Source: a virus (lineage: Duplodnaviria > Caudoviricetes). Taken from it: a DNA stretch of 50,934 nucleotides. Position numbers and translations under genes: made by a program. The stretch is from positions 1 through 50,934 of IMG/VR virus record IMGVR_UViG_3300030382_002670. One strand, given 5' to 3'. The notes under the pieces are model-generated. The model saw nothing but the letters and a program-made list of their open reading frames with translations. It did no database searches and was not told the DNA's origin. Positions within the stretch are counted from its first letter, which is position 1. Each line of letters opens with the position of its first letter. Of this stretch, positions 29,001-37,900 are shown in pieces.

Positions 29001-31145
29001 GCATTTGGAGGAGCTTGGGCACCTAATACATTTAAACATACTACACTAGGTGGAGTAACAGACTCTTTGAAAGATTGTGTAGTTAAGAATTATACTGATG
29101 GTTCTGAAGCTACGATAACAGCTGTAGATATTAGCGATACTAGTGGAAATGGTTATATAACCTTGACAGCTCCTTTATCTGGTGGTATAACTGATATATA
29201 TCATGAAGGAGATATGGTCAGGATTATGGTTCCTATGGGTCCACTTACTTCAGGAGCAAAAGCTAGATTTATGGATTGCTTTAGTTCAGAAGTTAATCAG
29301 GGAGAGCATTGGTTTTCTTATCCTTGTAATATTAAACTACCACATTTTAAACCAAATACAACTAGTGACGACGCAGTTGGAAACTTTTTAGAATTACCTA
29401 ATACTGGATTTCATTCTGTCATAGGTCCTCAAGCAGAACTAAATATCAAAACAACTGGAAATGGTTCAAATTCAATAAATAATGCAAAGTACTGGTATGC
29501 CGTATCATGGGTATATGATGGATATCAAGATGGTCCATTAGGAGCATTTAGTAATGATAACGAAGGATTATTATCAGATGGTACAGATATAGAGATTTCT
29601 TTGCAACTTGGAAATACAACTTCATTAAGTAAAAGAATTAGCGGGATTAAATTATGGAAAGCTTGGGCTGAAGGAAAGAATGGCGAGCCTTCTATTGCTA
29701 CTGCTCCAGAAGGATTATATAGATTAATTAAAGATGTGTCTTTAGAATCTTCTTTTGAAGTAGAAACCATCCCTACTTTTATCGGTATGGGCCCAATGAC
29801 TTCAGAGGATAGAACAGAAACCTTTATAGATAATGGTCCATTAGGAGGTTCATATGAATCAGTGACTGGTATTAGTCAAGTTATTGAAGACTTTAGAATG
29901 AATTATTCGTTATCTTGTCAATTAAATAACTCGTTATTTATTGCGGATTTAGAAAATTCCTACCTTGGATTAGAATCTTCTAATTATATAGCTAAATCTA
30001 TGCCTTATAAATTTAATCAATTTGACGTAACTAGAGATATATTAAGAATGCCATTTAAAGCTACTGCTATTGCAGCATTCCAAGGTAGAATATATGTGTT
30101 TGGTAAAAATAAGATGGCAAGAGTTGAGCCAAATACATTATTTATAGAAGATACATTTGACGGGGTAGGATGTCTTGGTCCTAATGCTGTTTTAGTTAAT
30201 GATTATGGTATGTTCTTTGCTGACCAAAATGGAATATATCTACACAATGGACAAATGCCAGAAGATATTAGTTATGTTATTAAGGATGGGATAGTTAGGG
30301 ATTTATCTGGTTCAGCATATTCTCCAGACTTAAACTTAAGAACTTGGAAAAATATGTTGAAAAGTCATCAATTTGGTTCGTCTACTTATGATACTGTATG
30401 TCTTGGATTTGATAAGGATAATAAATCTTTACTAGTATCTGCAGGGATTGGTCAATTGACAGATAGCACCTCTAGTGGCGACACACCATTGCATGGAGAA
30501 GTAGGTACTGGTGTACATACTCCAATATTACTTAGGTATTGTATTTTAAAGAAACGATGGGATATAGAGCATGCATTAGATGTTTCGTTGGAGGGTAATA
30601 CTAAATATGGGATTACTTCTATTTTTAATAACTATGACAATAAAACTGCATATTGGGTTGTTCTAGATAGTGCGTCAGAAAGACAGCCAAAAGAATTGCA
30701 AGGTAGTGAAGCAAATATAGCACTATATAAGAAAATGGCTTGGAAATCAAAAGATTTTCATATGGGAACACCTACATTAAATAAGATATTTAGTGAAATT
30801 GTTATAATTAGCAAGAAACTTGAAGCTGATGAAGGCTCAGAGCAATTATTAAAACAAAAAGTTTATGTTGAAGTATGGGTTGATGGAAAGAATTTAGGGA
30901 TTCTAAATGGAGCTACAGGTGGTGCAGCAGCTAATGAAACGGTTGCTGAAGATGGTGATGGGGTCTATATGACTCAGAAGATTAAAATTCCAGCTGCAAG
31001 CAAGAAAGGCAAACATATAGCAGTAAAAGTGTATACTGCTAATGCTATGTATGATAAAGATGATGCTGAAAACATACATAATGACTCTAAAGCTTGTATA
31101 ATAGAGTCTATAGGTATAAAATATAGACAATTGAGGACATCATAA
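23064..31145 (+). CDS. giant tail nozzle/stabilisation-type protein with inserted domains
   Basis: N-terminal I.NF..G and C-terminal G.GC.GPNA...YGMFFAD.NGIY.H.G, WKSKDF, SIGIKYR patterns typical of P22 gp10/T7 gp12-like nozzles; position just before the ejection genes. Confidence 0.75.
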   Translation: MPKEIKQITNFHQGTINTPSAETVPDDANVESWNVNPMAQDGTLFPLKKEKDLFVNAIGNDEADVEGITRNAIIEYLDVQTHKIEHIGYSQRQGKILVITGADAPARATAMIDMGMVSWPNHADCTFENNNTEVHIGLGNYASKWIGKISHTQFGSEVPTGLQIEDAELIKPGTFGDIYKCVTVGDYHYGISYKGNYVYKFNHTTKGYIGRSLKKFDSTQGICYRDAGSPNDGAKLWVYEGGTNSLHAYDGVGLGSLFKMKVWDESDGVPLHENTSDIYSGPGKLFFLRGMDDEPVIDMENSSATDIATSGSSYNETMKFMGGLNKSEGSTIKMSKFLWRISVPADGSIDKIATNVTPFIGEKFIQDDAPEADSIPYHYAADGLTGTAEWADEPDNLISPPPSQIHGIFKDGLYEHEPNGDGTDDNWEHISTKPLSPNSLGIEMTGSSFSGGHEKAWLTNSSNSTITNGGVAGEELVQKIGLTAETTNNPPGTSRHVSCVYEDWGNITGGGTPPQRVLMEFPLFGDIWEDAEDQQRLSMAGKYYLIEGYIKIEGTTSNGTVLDGGGAGTTSELCYESNGMVTVVANTTGAGAKMSEKLEILDGCTSVDMDYQFNGSYNSFRTCEWGIFSNLTGWPRIVGYDGAGDVFSTTPQDGTAERGAPFKNYNINGTIVDNSDRPLYTNDGKWTDDGTAQGAPEWRKVSFIHKMLPFAEEGSPDLSAGTLSFMFTDLIGDDNNVHTYGDGTTTETFKSNDGNAVSGKELKISIGGLSVKRMWGYESNYISKPVFDYKNNLVFYMDTKNTGVGTSSQSIKHRIMAARLDRDKNGSATTPGGPTTIANQGDATDENFGAFEVNGPGVLALHPTENTLYFAEDDYGIRSFNYVNNGSVSQYDKTDLFEMDTTGDAYLGLDYGEFIGSTMSTINIEKLYPDELDDPFVLAGSAQGIVRTGQIWPHQFSGLWPSHKYTHANLSRDILALPSLMWVDTNMPEGATINVGEFGLNGTDSLPAGWGAKSAFSSWRIEGTEDRNFGDQVRDISWEMKYQLFQEGCSKFIDNNTVIGYGPGVHQRYTAAPSASLQNLLDVDFNFFQDMCPWLWHYTYTDNGDNINEHDPLCPWEDTNASPVKKYGQFKNMVFDGILLYDNNRQILFQRFDNAIGTRDESNHIQNGCIMRAAKLDFSHSYFMADEIQPWKYWRPGQIVNPDVTHGTPGTFHISSQIDWDKKLRGKSAYVNPIDSSLVVHMPTYAIDSPHTGSPWGGAQVTFKYFDDASGVPTNIKYYGIDISTLSPDADDEKNNFVKNTTGLWPLEYECSSILKGEITKSQYVWADATVPSDEAQATDTPMTYTRKAVIYRPYNKASYISIPKVCLTGVADSDGAWIDDENPAIDPYDAVSFIFQLNPGGQSNQRAIKNKLIPNKFILSDEASWADRKYEMRDSSGTLLDMRSILWGYGVLGPDYPFDSAKYGNVLRPANGGKVYTFKSHHRTGRYASVEAISRFADDDYQMEVFNRHADNEIDGYMKITGRFPTKQTSELNQYENGLQEYNHGNYNLSPILTPDAHYMVGTWSDDITPEGGCLIKVNPPIWGPYDTKGRPKTFTESITFNTTWTHTGPAAHNINDIETTGGSGSGLTVRINFLSSPTPPHGPTSGSITIVQDATATGKNYEVGDTVTLSGLNTAANAQGFTGTWQNTHTITIASLEPDGAAEMEDSIGGQIISLGAVPWVPNQTHKDAFTEGAFTLDDMPSAVNWPPTTAISWSTSYGEYPQAYGLGDAKYYNRHLRKLSNDSTFTTGTPWTFGTGWSHNTSLDNATSVAASGYLEQTINGLNDDIPLVANATYTIRFKVVVNVGTGLTFSLGGSGDTPAPTGMNNGNEYQVFVHTVNDTGNLKVGASSSWGGSITDIEVYQGYYFSDYYTSSTSHYGLIIPNITERNFCMISRPAPTAETVRFDYGVDGELGPTVYYGQPEVEGATLKIEPAAAEAFGGAWAPNTFKHTTLGGVTDSLKDCVVKNYTDGSEATITAVDISDTSGNGYITLTAPLSGGITDIYHEGDMVRIMVPMGPLTSGAKARFMDCFSSEVNQGEHWFSYPCNIKLPHFKPNTTSDDAVGNFLELPNTGFHSVIGPQAELNIKTTGNGSNSINNAKYWYAVSWVYDGYQDGPLGAFSNDNEGLLSDGTDIEISLQLGNTTSLSKRISGIKLWKAWAEGKNGEPSIATAPEGLYRLIKDVSLESSFEVETIPTFIGMGPMTSEDRTETFIDNGPLGGSYESVTGISQVIEDFRMNYSLSCQLNNSLFIADLENSYLGLESSNYIAKSMPYKFNQFDVTRDILRMPFKATAIAAFQGRIYVFGKNKMARVEPNTLFIEDTFDGVGCLGPNAVLVNDYGMFFADQNGIYLHNGQMPEDISYVIKDGIVRDLSGSAYSPDLNLRTWKNMLKSHQFGSSTYDTVCLGFDKDNKSLLVSAGIGQLTDSTSSGDTPLHGEVGTGVHTPILLRYCILKKRWDIEHALDVSLEGNTKYGITSIFNNYDNKTAYWVVLDSASERQPKELQGSEANIALYKKMAWKSKDFHMGTPTLNKIFSEIVIISKKLEADEGSEQLLKQKVYVEVWVDGKNLGILNGATGGAAANETVAEDGDGVYMTQKIKIPAASKKGKHIAVKVYTANAMYDKDDAENIHNDSKACIIESIGIKYRQLRTS

Positions 31146-31405
31146 TGGCAAAGTTAAAGTTAAAAAAAGCTTCTTTAGGTAAGATTAATGATGGGAATAT
31201 TGGTCAAGTTATTCGTAAAATATACGATGATATTAATGAACTTATAAATGAAGTTAATAATGAATTTGGCAACCTTAATACACAAAAAGGTAAAACAGGT
31301 AATATAAGAATTAAAAAAACAGATACAAATAGCTATAACTTAGAAGCGAAGACATCCGATGGATGGGCTTCTATACCATTAGCATTAAAGGACACGGAGG
31401 GTTAA
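31145..31405 (+). CDS. small virion-associated protein
   Basis: 86 aa; IYDDINELIN helix followed by short beta strands; TAATG-coupled to the nozzle gene. Confidence 0.7.
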   Translation: MAKLKLKKASLGKINDGNIGQVIRKIYDDINELINEVNNEFGNLNTQKGKTGNIRIKKTDTNSYNLEAKTSDGWASIPLALKDTEG

Positions 31406-31406
31406 T

Positions 31407-32246
31407 ATGCCACTAGGAAAATGGTTAAGTACACAATTAGGAACACAATCTTTAAGCCATAAATTTGGTTATAATGCCGAGGGGGCTGATTACTCTATGA
31501 GCGGTCCATTAGGAGAAGCTATAGGTGGTTTAAGTGGAATGGCTGGAGATATGAGAAATCAAGGCATGGATATGCTTTCTGGTACTGGAGCTTGGTATGA
31601 CCAGCAAAGAAGAACTATGGAAGGCCAAACTATGAGTGCCGCTGAGAGACAATCACAGCAAATAGGTTCTCAAATGGCTTCAAGAGGTATGGGTGGAGGA
31701 GGACTTAGAGGTCTCCTTGACGCCTCTGTTAATTCAAATGCGATGGAAAGTTTAAGAGCTGGAGAATCTGCACTTGCCACTCAAGGTATGACAATGGGTT
31801 CTGCTATGATGGGTCAAGCTATAGGAGCGCAAGGTCAAGCTGGTGGATTAGCCGCAGGAGCTGAAGGTAGAGGTCTTCAAGCACAGATGTTTAGTGCTGA
31901 ACAAGCTAATCAACAAAATCAATTTCAACAAACTGCACAATATAATCAAGCTGCTGGTAATAGAGCTGCTAAAGGCTCATTTATGAACTCACTGTTAGGT
32001 GCTGTCGGTACAGCTGCTGGATTAGCTATGTCAGATAAAAATATAAAAGAAAATATCGACTTAGTCGGAGTATCTGATTCAGGAATTAATATATATGAAT
32101 TTGACTATAAAGACAAATCAAATGGAGAAGGTAGGTATAGAGGTGTAATGGCTCAAGAGGTTCCTGAAGCTAGTATAATGGGAGCGAAAGGTCATCTTCT
32201 TGTTGATTACTCTAAGGTCGATGTAGAATTTGAGAGGATTTCATAA
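31407..32246 (+). CDS. ejection/pilot-type internal virion protein with C-terminal peptidase S74-like autocleaving domain
   Basis: G/A/Q/M-rich helical body; SDKNIKENI...IYEFDY...GVMAQEV...VDYSK chaperone-domain motif. Confidence 0.8.
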   Translation: MPLGKWLSTQLGTQSLSHKFGYNAEGADYSMSGPLGEAIGGLSGMAGDMRNQGMDMLSGTGAWYDQQRRTMEGQTMSAAERQSQQIGSQMASRGMGGGGLRGLLDASVNSNAMESLRAGESALATQGMTMGSAMMGQAIGAQGQAGGLAAGAEGRGLQAQMFSAEQANQQNQFQQTAQYNQAAGNRAAKGSFMNSLLGAVGTAAGLAMSDKNIKENIDLVGVSDSGINIYEFDYKDKSNGEGRYRGVMAQEVPEASIMGAKGHLLVDYSKVDVEFERIS

Positions 32247-34810
32247 TGGCACTACAAATGCACACACCAATAGTTAAGTATGATTTTGGAGATTCCTTCT
32301 CTTCTGCTATGGTAAAAGGAAAGCAAGAAGAATGGCGAAAATCAGAAGCTATAAGAAAAGAAGCTGCAGCTCTTGATACTTATAAAGAAAAGTTAAAGGC
32401 TCAAAACGAACTTGCTACTGACCTTGAAACTAAGAATATTAATAAGCAGAATAATTTCATGGAGCATTGGTATAGTCAGTTAAGTACTATAGGTCCTTAT
32501 GGTGGACTAGAAAATGGTGTATTTAAACCTAACTATGACTTAAATCAGGGAACTTTATCTGCTCCTGAAATGTGGAAAAATATAGTTAGTCATGCTAGAG
32601 AAACTGGAGTCCCTATTAAGCCTGGGGATTTCAAATTCTTTTTAGAAGAATATTCAGGGAATGAGCAGCTTAGAGATGAGCATATGATAGGTACTCTTAA
32701 TATAGCTATAAATAAATTAAATAAGCAATTTGAGGGCATGCCAGATGGTGACAAGCGTCAAGCTGTGATGGATGGCTTAAATGAAATGGGATTAACTCCA
32801 TATTTCAACAAATATCAAGGTATGTTTAGTACTGAAGATTTTATTGAAACATTTGCAAGTTTACCTCCAGAAACTCTTGGAGATGAGGATGATGGCTCAT
32901 GGGCAAATTCAGAGTCTACATTAGGTTGGATGGGAGAAAAGATAGGATATGACATACCTACAAGTGGAAATGATTACTTTGACGCTGCAGTTATATTAGC
33001 ATCAAGAGCTGGTTATAAGAGGCTAAAAGGCTTCATGGGCGATAAATATAGAAATGTTAAGGCTAAGTATGGATGGGGTCAAAATGTTAAATCTAAGACA
33101 CAAATAGCTGCTGAAGAGGTTTCAAATAAAGTAAATGCTACAGTAAAGGCTAAAGGAGATACGAAGTCTGTTGTAAAGAAATCTGAGGAGATTGTAAATA
33201 AAACTTTAAATTTAAAGAGGTCTGACCTTCCTAAGGGTACAAAAAAGACAACAATAGATAATCTAGTTAATAAATTAAACTCAGATAAAATCAATTTGAC
33301 AAAAGGTGAGAACAATGTATTAAAACACTTATTGCAGACAAATAAAAGTCCTAGCTTTGTAAAGAATATAGCTAATAAAATACAGCCTAATCCAGTCAAT
33401 CCTATAAGTTTTAAGATGAATTATAGAAGGAATATGGATGTATTTGATAATCATATTAAATTCTTAGACAAAACAGCTAAAGGCCTAGATAAAAGAACTA
33501 TAAGTTATAAGAATATGATAAGAGAATTAGATGAAGTTAGAAGTATGAAATATAGTTATAAGCAACTTGAAAATATAATGTGGAGAGATAGAATAAAACA
33601 GGGTTTTAACCAAATGAACTTTTTAAAGGATAGTAGATTTGGCAAATGGTTAAATAGAGGCGGTGGACCTGGACTTCATATGCTTGTTGCACCTGGTGTT
33701 GTACATAAAGTATATCAAGATTCTTTTAAGGAGTCTGGAGGAAATGAATTTAAGGCAAATTGGGATGCCTCTTTGTCTATGATGATGTTTGATATACCAT
33801 TAGCTTTTCAATCTAAAGGTTTAATAACTAATTTAATGAATTATGGTGGACCTAAACTAGCTTCTAGGCTTGGTATTAGTACAGCATTGGCTAGTTCGGA
33901 TGCTACTCTTCCTATAGGAGATGCAGCAGCGGTAGGTTTAAATGCATATTGGATAGCTAAAGATACTAATGCTGCGGTTCAATCTAATAGAATACATAAC
34001 TATTATAAGAAGAATGGAGTGCCTCCTGAAGATGTTTTAGATGATATTGTTGATGACATGTATACTAATGTGGCTATGGAGTCATTAAAGGCTGATTATA
34101 ACCCATTAATGTGGCAAAATGATATAAGTATAAAAACCTTAAAGGATTTACTTGACAAAGGTTATGAAAGAAAGATATTGACAGATGAAAATGGCAATAC
34201 TAAAAGTTATGGATTATGGTCAGATAAGCAAAACTTAGCTGGAAGACCTGCTCCATCACCTGGAGAGCAAATTGAATTAACCAAGAAAACAAAATTAACA
34301 GGTAGAAATCCTGAATTTAATTTGAATACTGGTTTTTATAGTACAGCGATTGAATCTTCAGCGCAGAACTTAGGTGAGTTTGACAATGCAATGCCTGTTA
34401 CAAATCAGTTAGCTGAAATGACCATGGAAAATCCACCACCAGAAGATATTAAAGAACTTCTAGTAGATAAATATGGAGATGATTGGGCTAGAGTATGGCA
34501 AAGTAATGTAGGCTATGTTACTAATCCATATGCTGATGCTGGCGTATCTAATTATGACGGCAAAGACAATGAAAGAGCTTTAGAACTCTTCATGAATAAG
34601 AAGTGGAATGGTGATTTATTTAAGAAAATGTTAAAAGCTTCACTATTAGAATCTTTCTACAATCAAAGTGATTTTAAAGAAAAGTATCCAAAGCAATGGG
34701 AAAATAAAGCATCAGATGCATATAATAGGAAGTTGTCAATTATAAAGCAACTTGAAAATATATCTGGAGAGGATATACCAGACGCGTACGAAGAACGTAT
34801 AGGAAGCTAA
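32246..34810 (+). CDS. putative internal virion (ejection) protein
   Basis: 854 aa between the pilot-like gene and the giant gene; G/A-rich hydrophobic segment (LPIGDAAAVGLNAYWIA). Confidence 0.65.
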   Translation: MALQMHTPIVKYDFGDSFSSAMVKGKQEEWRKSEAIRKEAAALDTYKEKLKAQNELATDLETKNINKQNNFMEHWYSQLSTIGPYGGLENGVFKPNYDLNQGTLSAPEMWKNIVSHARETGVPIKPGDFKFFLEEYSGNEQLRDEHMIGTLNIAINKLNKQFEGMPDGDKRQAVMDGLNEMGLTPYFNKYQGMFSTEDFIETFASLPPETLGDEDDGSWANSESTLGWMGEKIGYDIPTSGNDYFDAAVILASRAGYKRLKGFMGDKYRNVKAKYGWGQNVKSKTQIAAEEVSNKVNATVKAKGDTKSVVKKSEEIVNKTLNLKRSDLPKGTKKTTIDNLVNKLNSDKINLTKGENNVLKHLLQTNKSPSFVKNIANKIQPNPVNPISFKMNYRRNMDVFDNHIKFLDKTAKGLDKRTISYKNMIRELDEVRSMKYSYKQLENIMWRDRIKQGFNQMNFLKDSRFGKWLNRGGGPGLHMLVAPGVVHKVYQDSFKESGGNEFKANWDASLSMMMFDIPLAFQSKGLITNLMNYGGPKLASRLGISTALASSDATLPIGDAAAVGLNAYWIAKDTNAAVQSNRIHNYYKKNGVPPEDVLDDIVDDMYTNVAMESLKADYNPLMWQNDISIKTLKDLLDKGYERKILTDENGNTKSYGLWSDKQNLAGRPAPSPGEQIELTKKTKLTGRNPEFNLNTGFYSTAIESSAQNLGEFDNAMPVTNQLAEMTMENPPPEDIKELLVDKYGDDWARVWQSNVGYVTNPYADAGVSNYDGKDNERALELFMNKKWNGDLFKKMLKASLLESFYNQSDFKEKYPKQWENKASDAYNRKLSIIKQLENISGEDIPDAYEERIGS

Positions 34811-34964
34811 ATGGCTAAACAACCTGAGGTAAGATGGTCAGAAAACCAGGCGTTTTATAGGTGCCTATGAAGCCAATCCCGGTCAATTTAATGAAGCAAC
34901 ATTAGAAAGTATACAGGCGCATGCTTATCATCATGGAATAGCATTTTATCCAGGTGAGTTTAAT
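34811..34964 (+). other. probable true N-terminal segment of the giant protein, interrupted by a +1 frameshift
   Basis: ATG 34811 directly follows the previous stop and reads MAKQPEVRW... to TGA 34868-34870; the giant gene's frame is open from 34833 (DGQKTRRFIGAYEANPGQF...) with no start codon before GTG 34965. Confidence 0.65.
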
Positions 34965-37900
34965 GTGTTAGATGCAATAAAACAAGCTGGAGGAGGGTTC
35001 CTCTCTGGATTTACTGCTTCAATATCTTCAGAGCTAGGTCTTGACGTAAAAGATGCTCCAGACAATGAGTATGAGGCTATTGCTAGAAAAATGGGTGAAC
35101 TAGCTGGATTTGCTCCTGGTATATTGTCTGCTCCTCTTAAGACAATTGGTTTAAAAGGATTAGCAGCTAAATCTGCTGCACTTAATAAAAAATCACTTCC
35201 AATGGCTGGTGCTGACTTAGCACAAAAGCAAGTTAAAAAAATAATAAAACCTATCCTTGAAAAAAGCTTACAAAATTCACATGGAGCTTCAAAAACTGCA
35301 ATGGATTTTATTACAAGTGGACCTGGTATGCATATGGCAGAGGGAGCTTTTCACTTAGGTGTAGCTTCTAGTATCTCTAACTGGAGAGGTATTGTAGACG
35401 GAGGTATGGAAGAATTTGTCAATACATTTAAGCATGGAGCTGAAGCTGGTGCGGTATTTAGAGGGCTAGGTAATTTAATTCCAGGAGATAAAGCTGCCGA
35501 TTTATGGCTTAGAAGAGTATCTGGTAGTTTGTATATGGGTATACCTTCAACAGAAAGAGGAGATTCTACTCCAGAACAAGTATATGAATATCTACTTGGC
35601 GCATATTTTGGAGGAGCTGAAAGACCTTGGTATGTAGCTAAAGCTGGTAAATTTAATAAAAGAATGTATGAGCAAAGTGAGAATGACCCAGAATTAAGAA
35701 GGACTCAAGACCCTACCTTAGTTAAGGGATGGCAAAGCCTTGACCCTATTGTTCAGAAAGAAGTAGTTAGAATGACAAATAAACGTTTAGGTGGTTCTAC
35801 TGCTGATGAGCGAAGAGGTGACGCTTATGAGCTTATGCGTGAATTTGGCATTATTGATAAACTTGAAAAAGCTGAGGATATAAATACTAAAGGATTTAAG
35901 TTATTAAATCAAGTTATTGATGGAGAAGTTCAACCTGATAAAAATGCACCTCCTAGTGAGAAGTTACATCATATGCTTTCTTTGGGAAATAGAGGAGTAA
36001 AGGGTACTAATCGTAATTCAGCTGATGAAGTTTTTGCGGATAAATCTGTTGAATATGGTAATCCTATTTATCATTATACATTTGGTACCGTAAAGGGAAA
36101 GCCTGGGCACTCTAAAACTATTAAAGCCAAGGGTGGCAAAAGAGAATTATCTCAAACAGAATTAAATGAAGCCACTGAATTTGTCGATAAAGCTAATCTA
36201 AGTTTAGGTAAGATTATAGGTAGATTAAATACTTATAAGCGTAATTTAATTAGAAGAGCCCATGCAGCTACTAAGCATGCTAGTAGTATATATGCTATAG
36301 ACAATTTAAGGCCAGATATGAAAGGCGTTCAGAGTAAATCTGCTGAATGGACTGTTCAAATGGCTATTGATAAGAAAAGACCTGTATATGTATACGACCA
36401 ACAGGCTCGAGCTTGGTATAAATATAACTACAATAAGAATATACAAAGATTTCAAGCAATAGAAGGAACTCCTAAATTAAAGAAATTTGCTCTCGGCACA
36501 GGGACTAACGATATAAACAAATATGGCAAAGCAGCTATAAAGGACTTATTTAAAGTTACTTATGGAGAAATGGAAGGTGCTGCGGAAACAGAATCTGTTC
36601 CTAGAGGTAAAGAAGAAACTTGGATGACTATCCAGTCTGAAATAGAAAGATTGCAAAAGGAAGACGTCGATGACCCTCAGATAAAAAAATTAATGAAAAA
36701 ACAAGCTGATATCTTAGGGATAAAGTCCAAAGAATATTTAGATGCTGCAACTGGAGAGGTAAAAGAAGACGTTGAAGTCGATATAGATATCGGGCAAATG
36801 ATTGACGCTGGTATTGGTAAGCGTTCAAAGAGATGGATAGATGCATGGTATGATGACATGTTTCCCAAAGGACGAAAAGGGACACAAGTAAAAAAAGGCG
36901 TAGACAAATTATTTATTTCAAGTAGAATAGAAAAGTTACTTAGAGAGCATTTACCTGCTGGAGAAGAGGCATCTACACTTATTGCTAGAGATTTTAAGAA
37001 ACTATTTAAAAAGAATATACCTGATGCTGCTCTTGGCGAGATAAGACAATGGGTGACTGCTGCAACTCAAGGCAAGCCAGTTAGATTTTTAAAGTCTGAT
37101 GGTGGGAAGGTTTATTTAACAAGAAGAGATAAACCTTTTACAATGGGTGGTAAAAATAAGCTAGTAATGGCTCCTCCTTCAGCATTAGAAGAAGCATTTC
37201 TTGAAGCTACTAATACAAAACTGAAAGAATTTGACAAGAAAAACCCTGCTGGTGTTGAAATAATACTTGACGAAGTTACTGTTAGAGATAGAAACGGGTT
37301 TCAAGTAGATATTCCCTTGTCAAGATATGAGTCTCATCTTGTACAACATGGAAAGAAAGGTAAGAAAGAAGCTGCTCAAATAGTAAATAATTTTATTGGC
37401 AGAACTATCAAGTTTATGTATGATAAACATGGAATGGTTCCTCACGCTGGTGTAGGGGATAAGGATAGAATTATCTTTGCTAAAAATATGTATGATTTTG
37501 CTGATAAAATGCCAAAAGCCTCTAGAAAGCTCGTATTTGACGTTTTAAAGCAAAAAAATGTAAAGACTGATAAGTTACTGTTTAGAGTTAAATTTGGCTT
37601 AGATAAGAAATTTGCAGATAAAATATACAAAGAGACGTTTATTTCTAACCTAACTTACGATGCTTTAATGAACTTTGGAAATAAGGTTAAGACTCCTGTT
37701 TTAAAGAAATGGATAAACTCTAAGTTTGGAAAAGGTAGGGGTGATTTCATAAATAATGCAGTGGCATTAAATAAAAGAAATCAAATATGGTTCACTAATT
37801 CATTTAGAGCTAGTGATAAACATATAGAAAATTATTTAGAAGATTTAGGGACTAATGATATAGTCGATGGTAAGACAAAAGGTATTATAGTCAATGAGCT

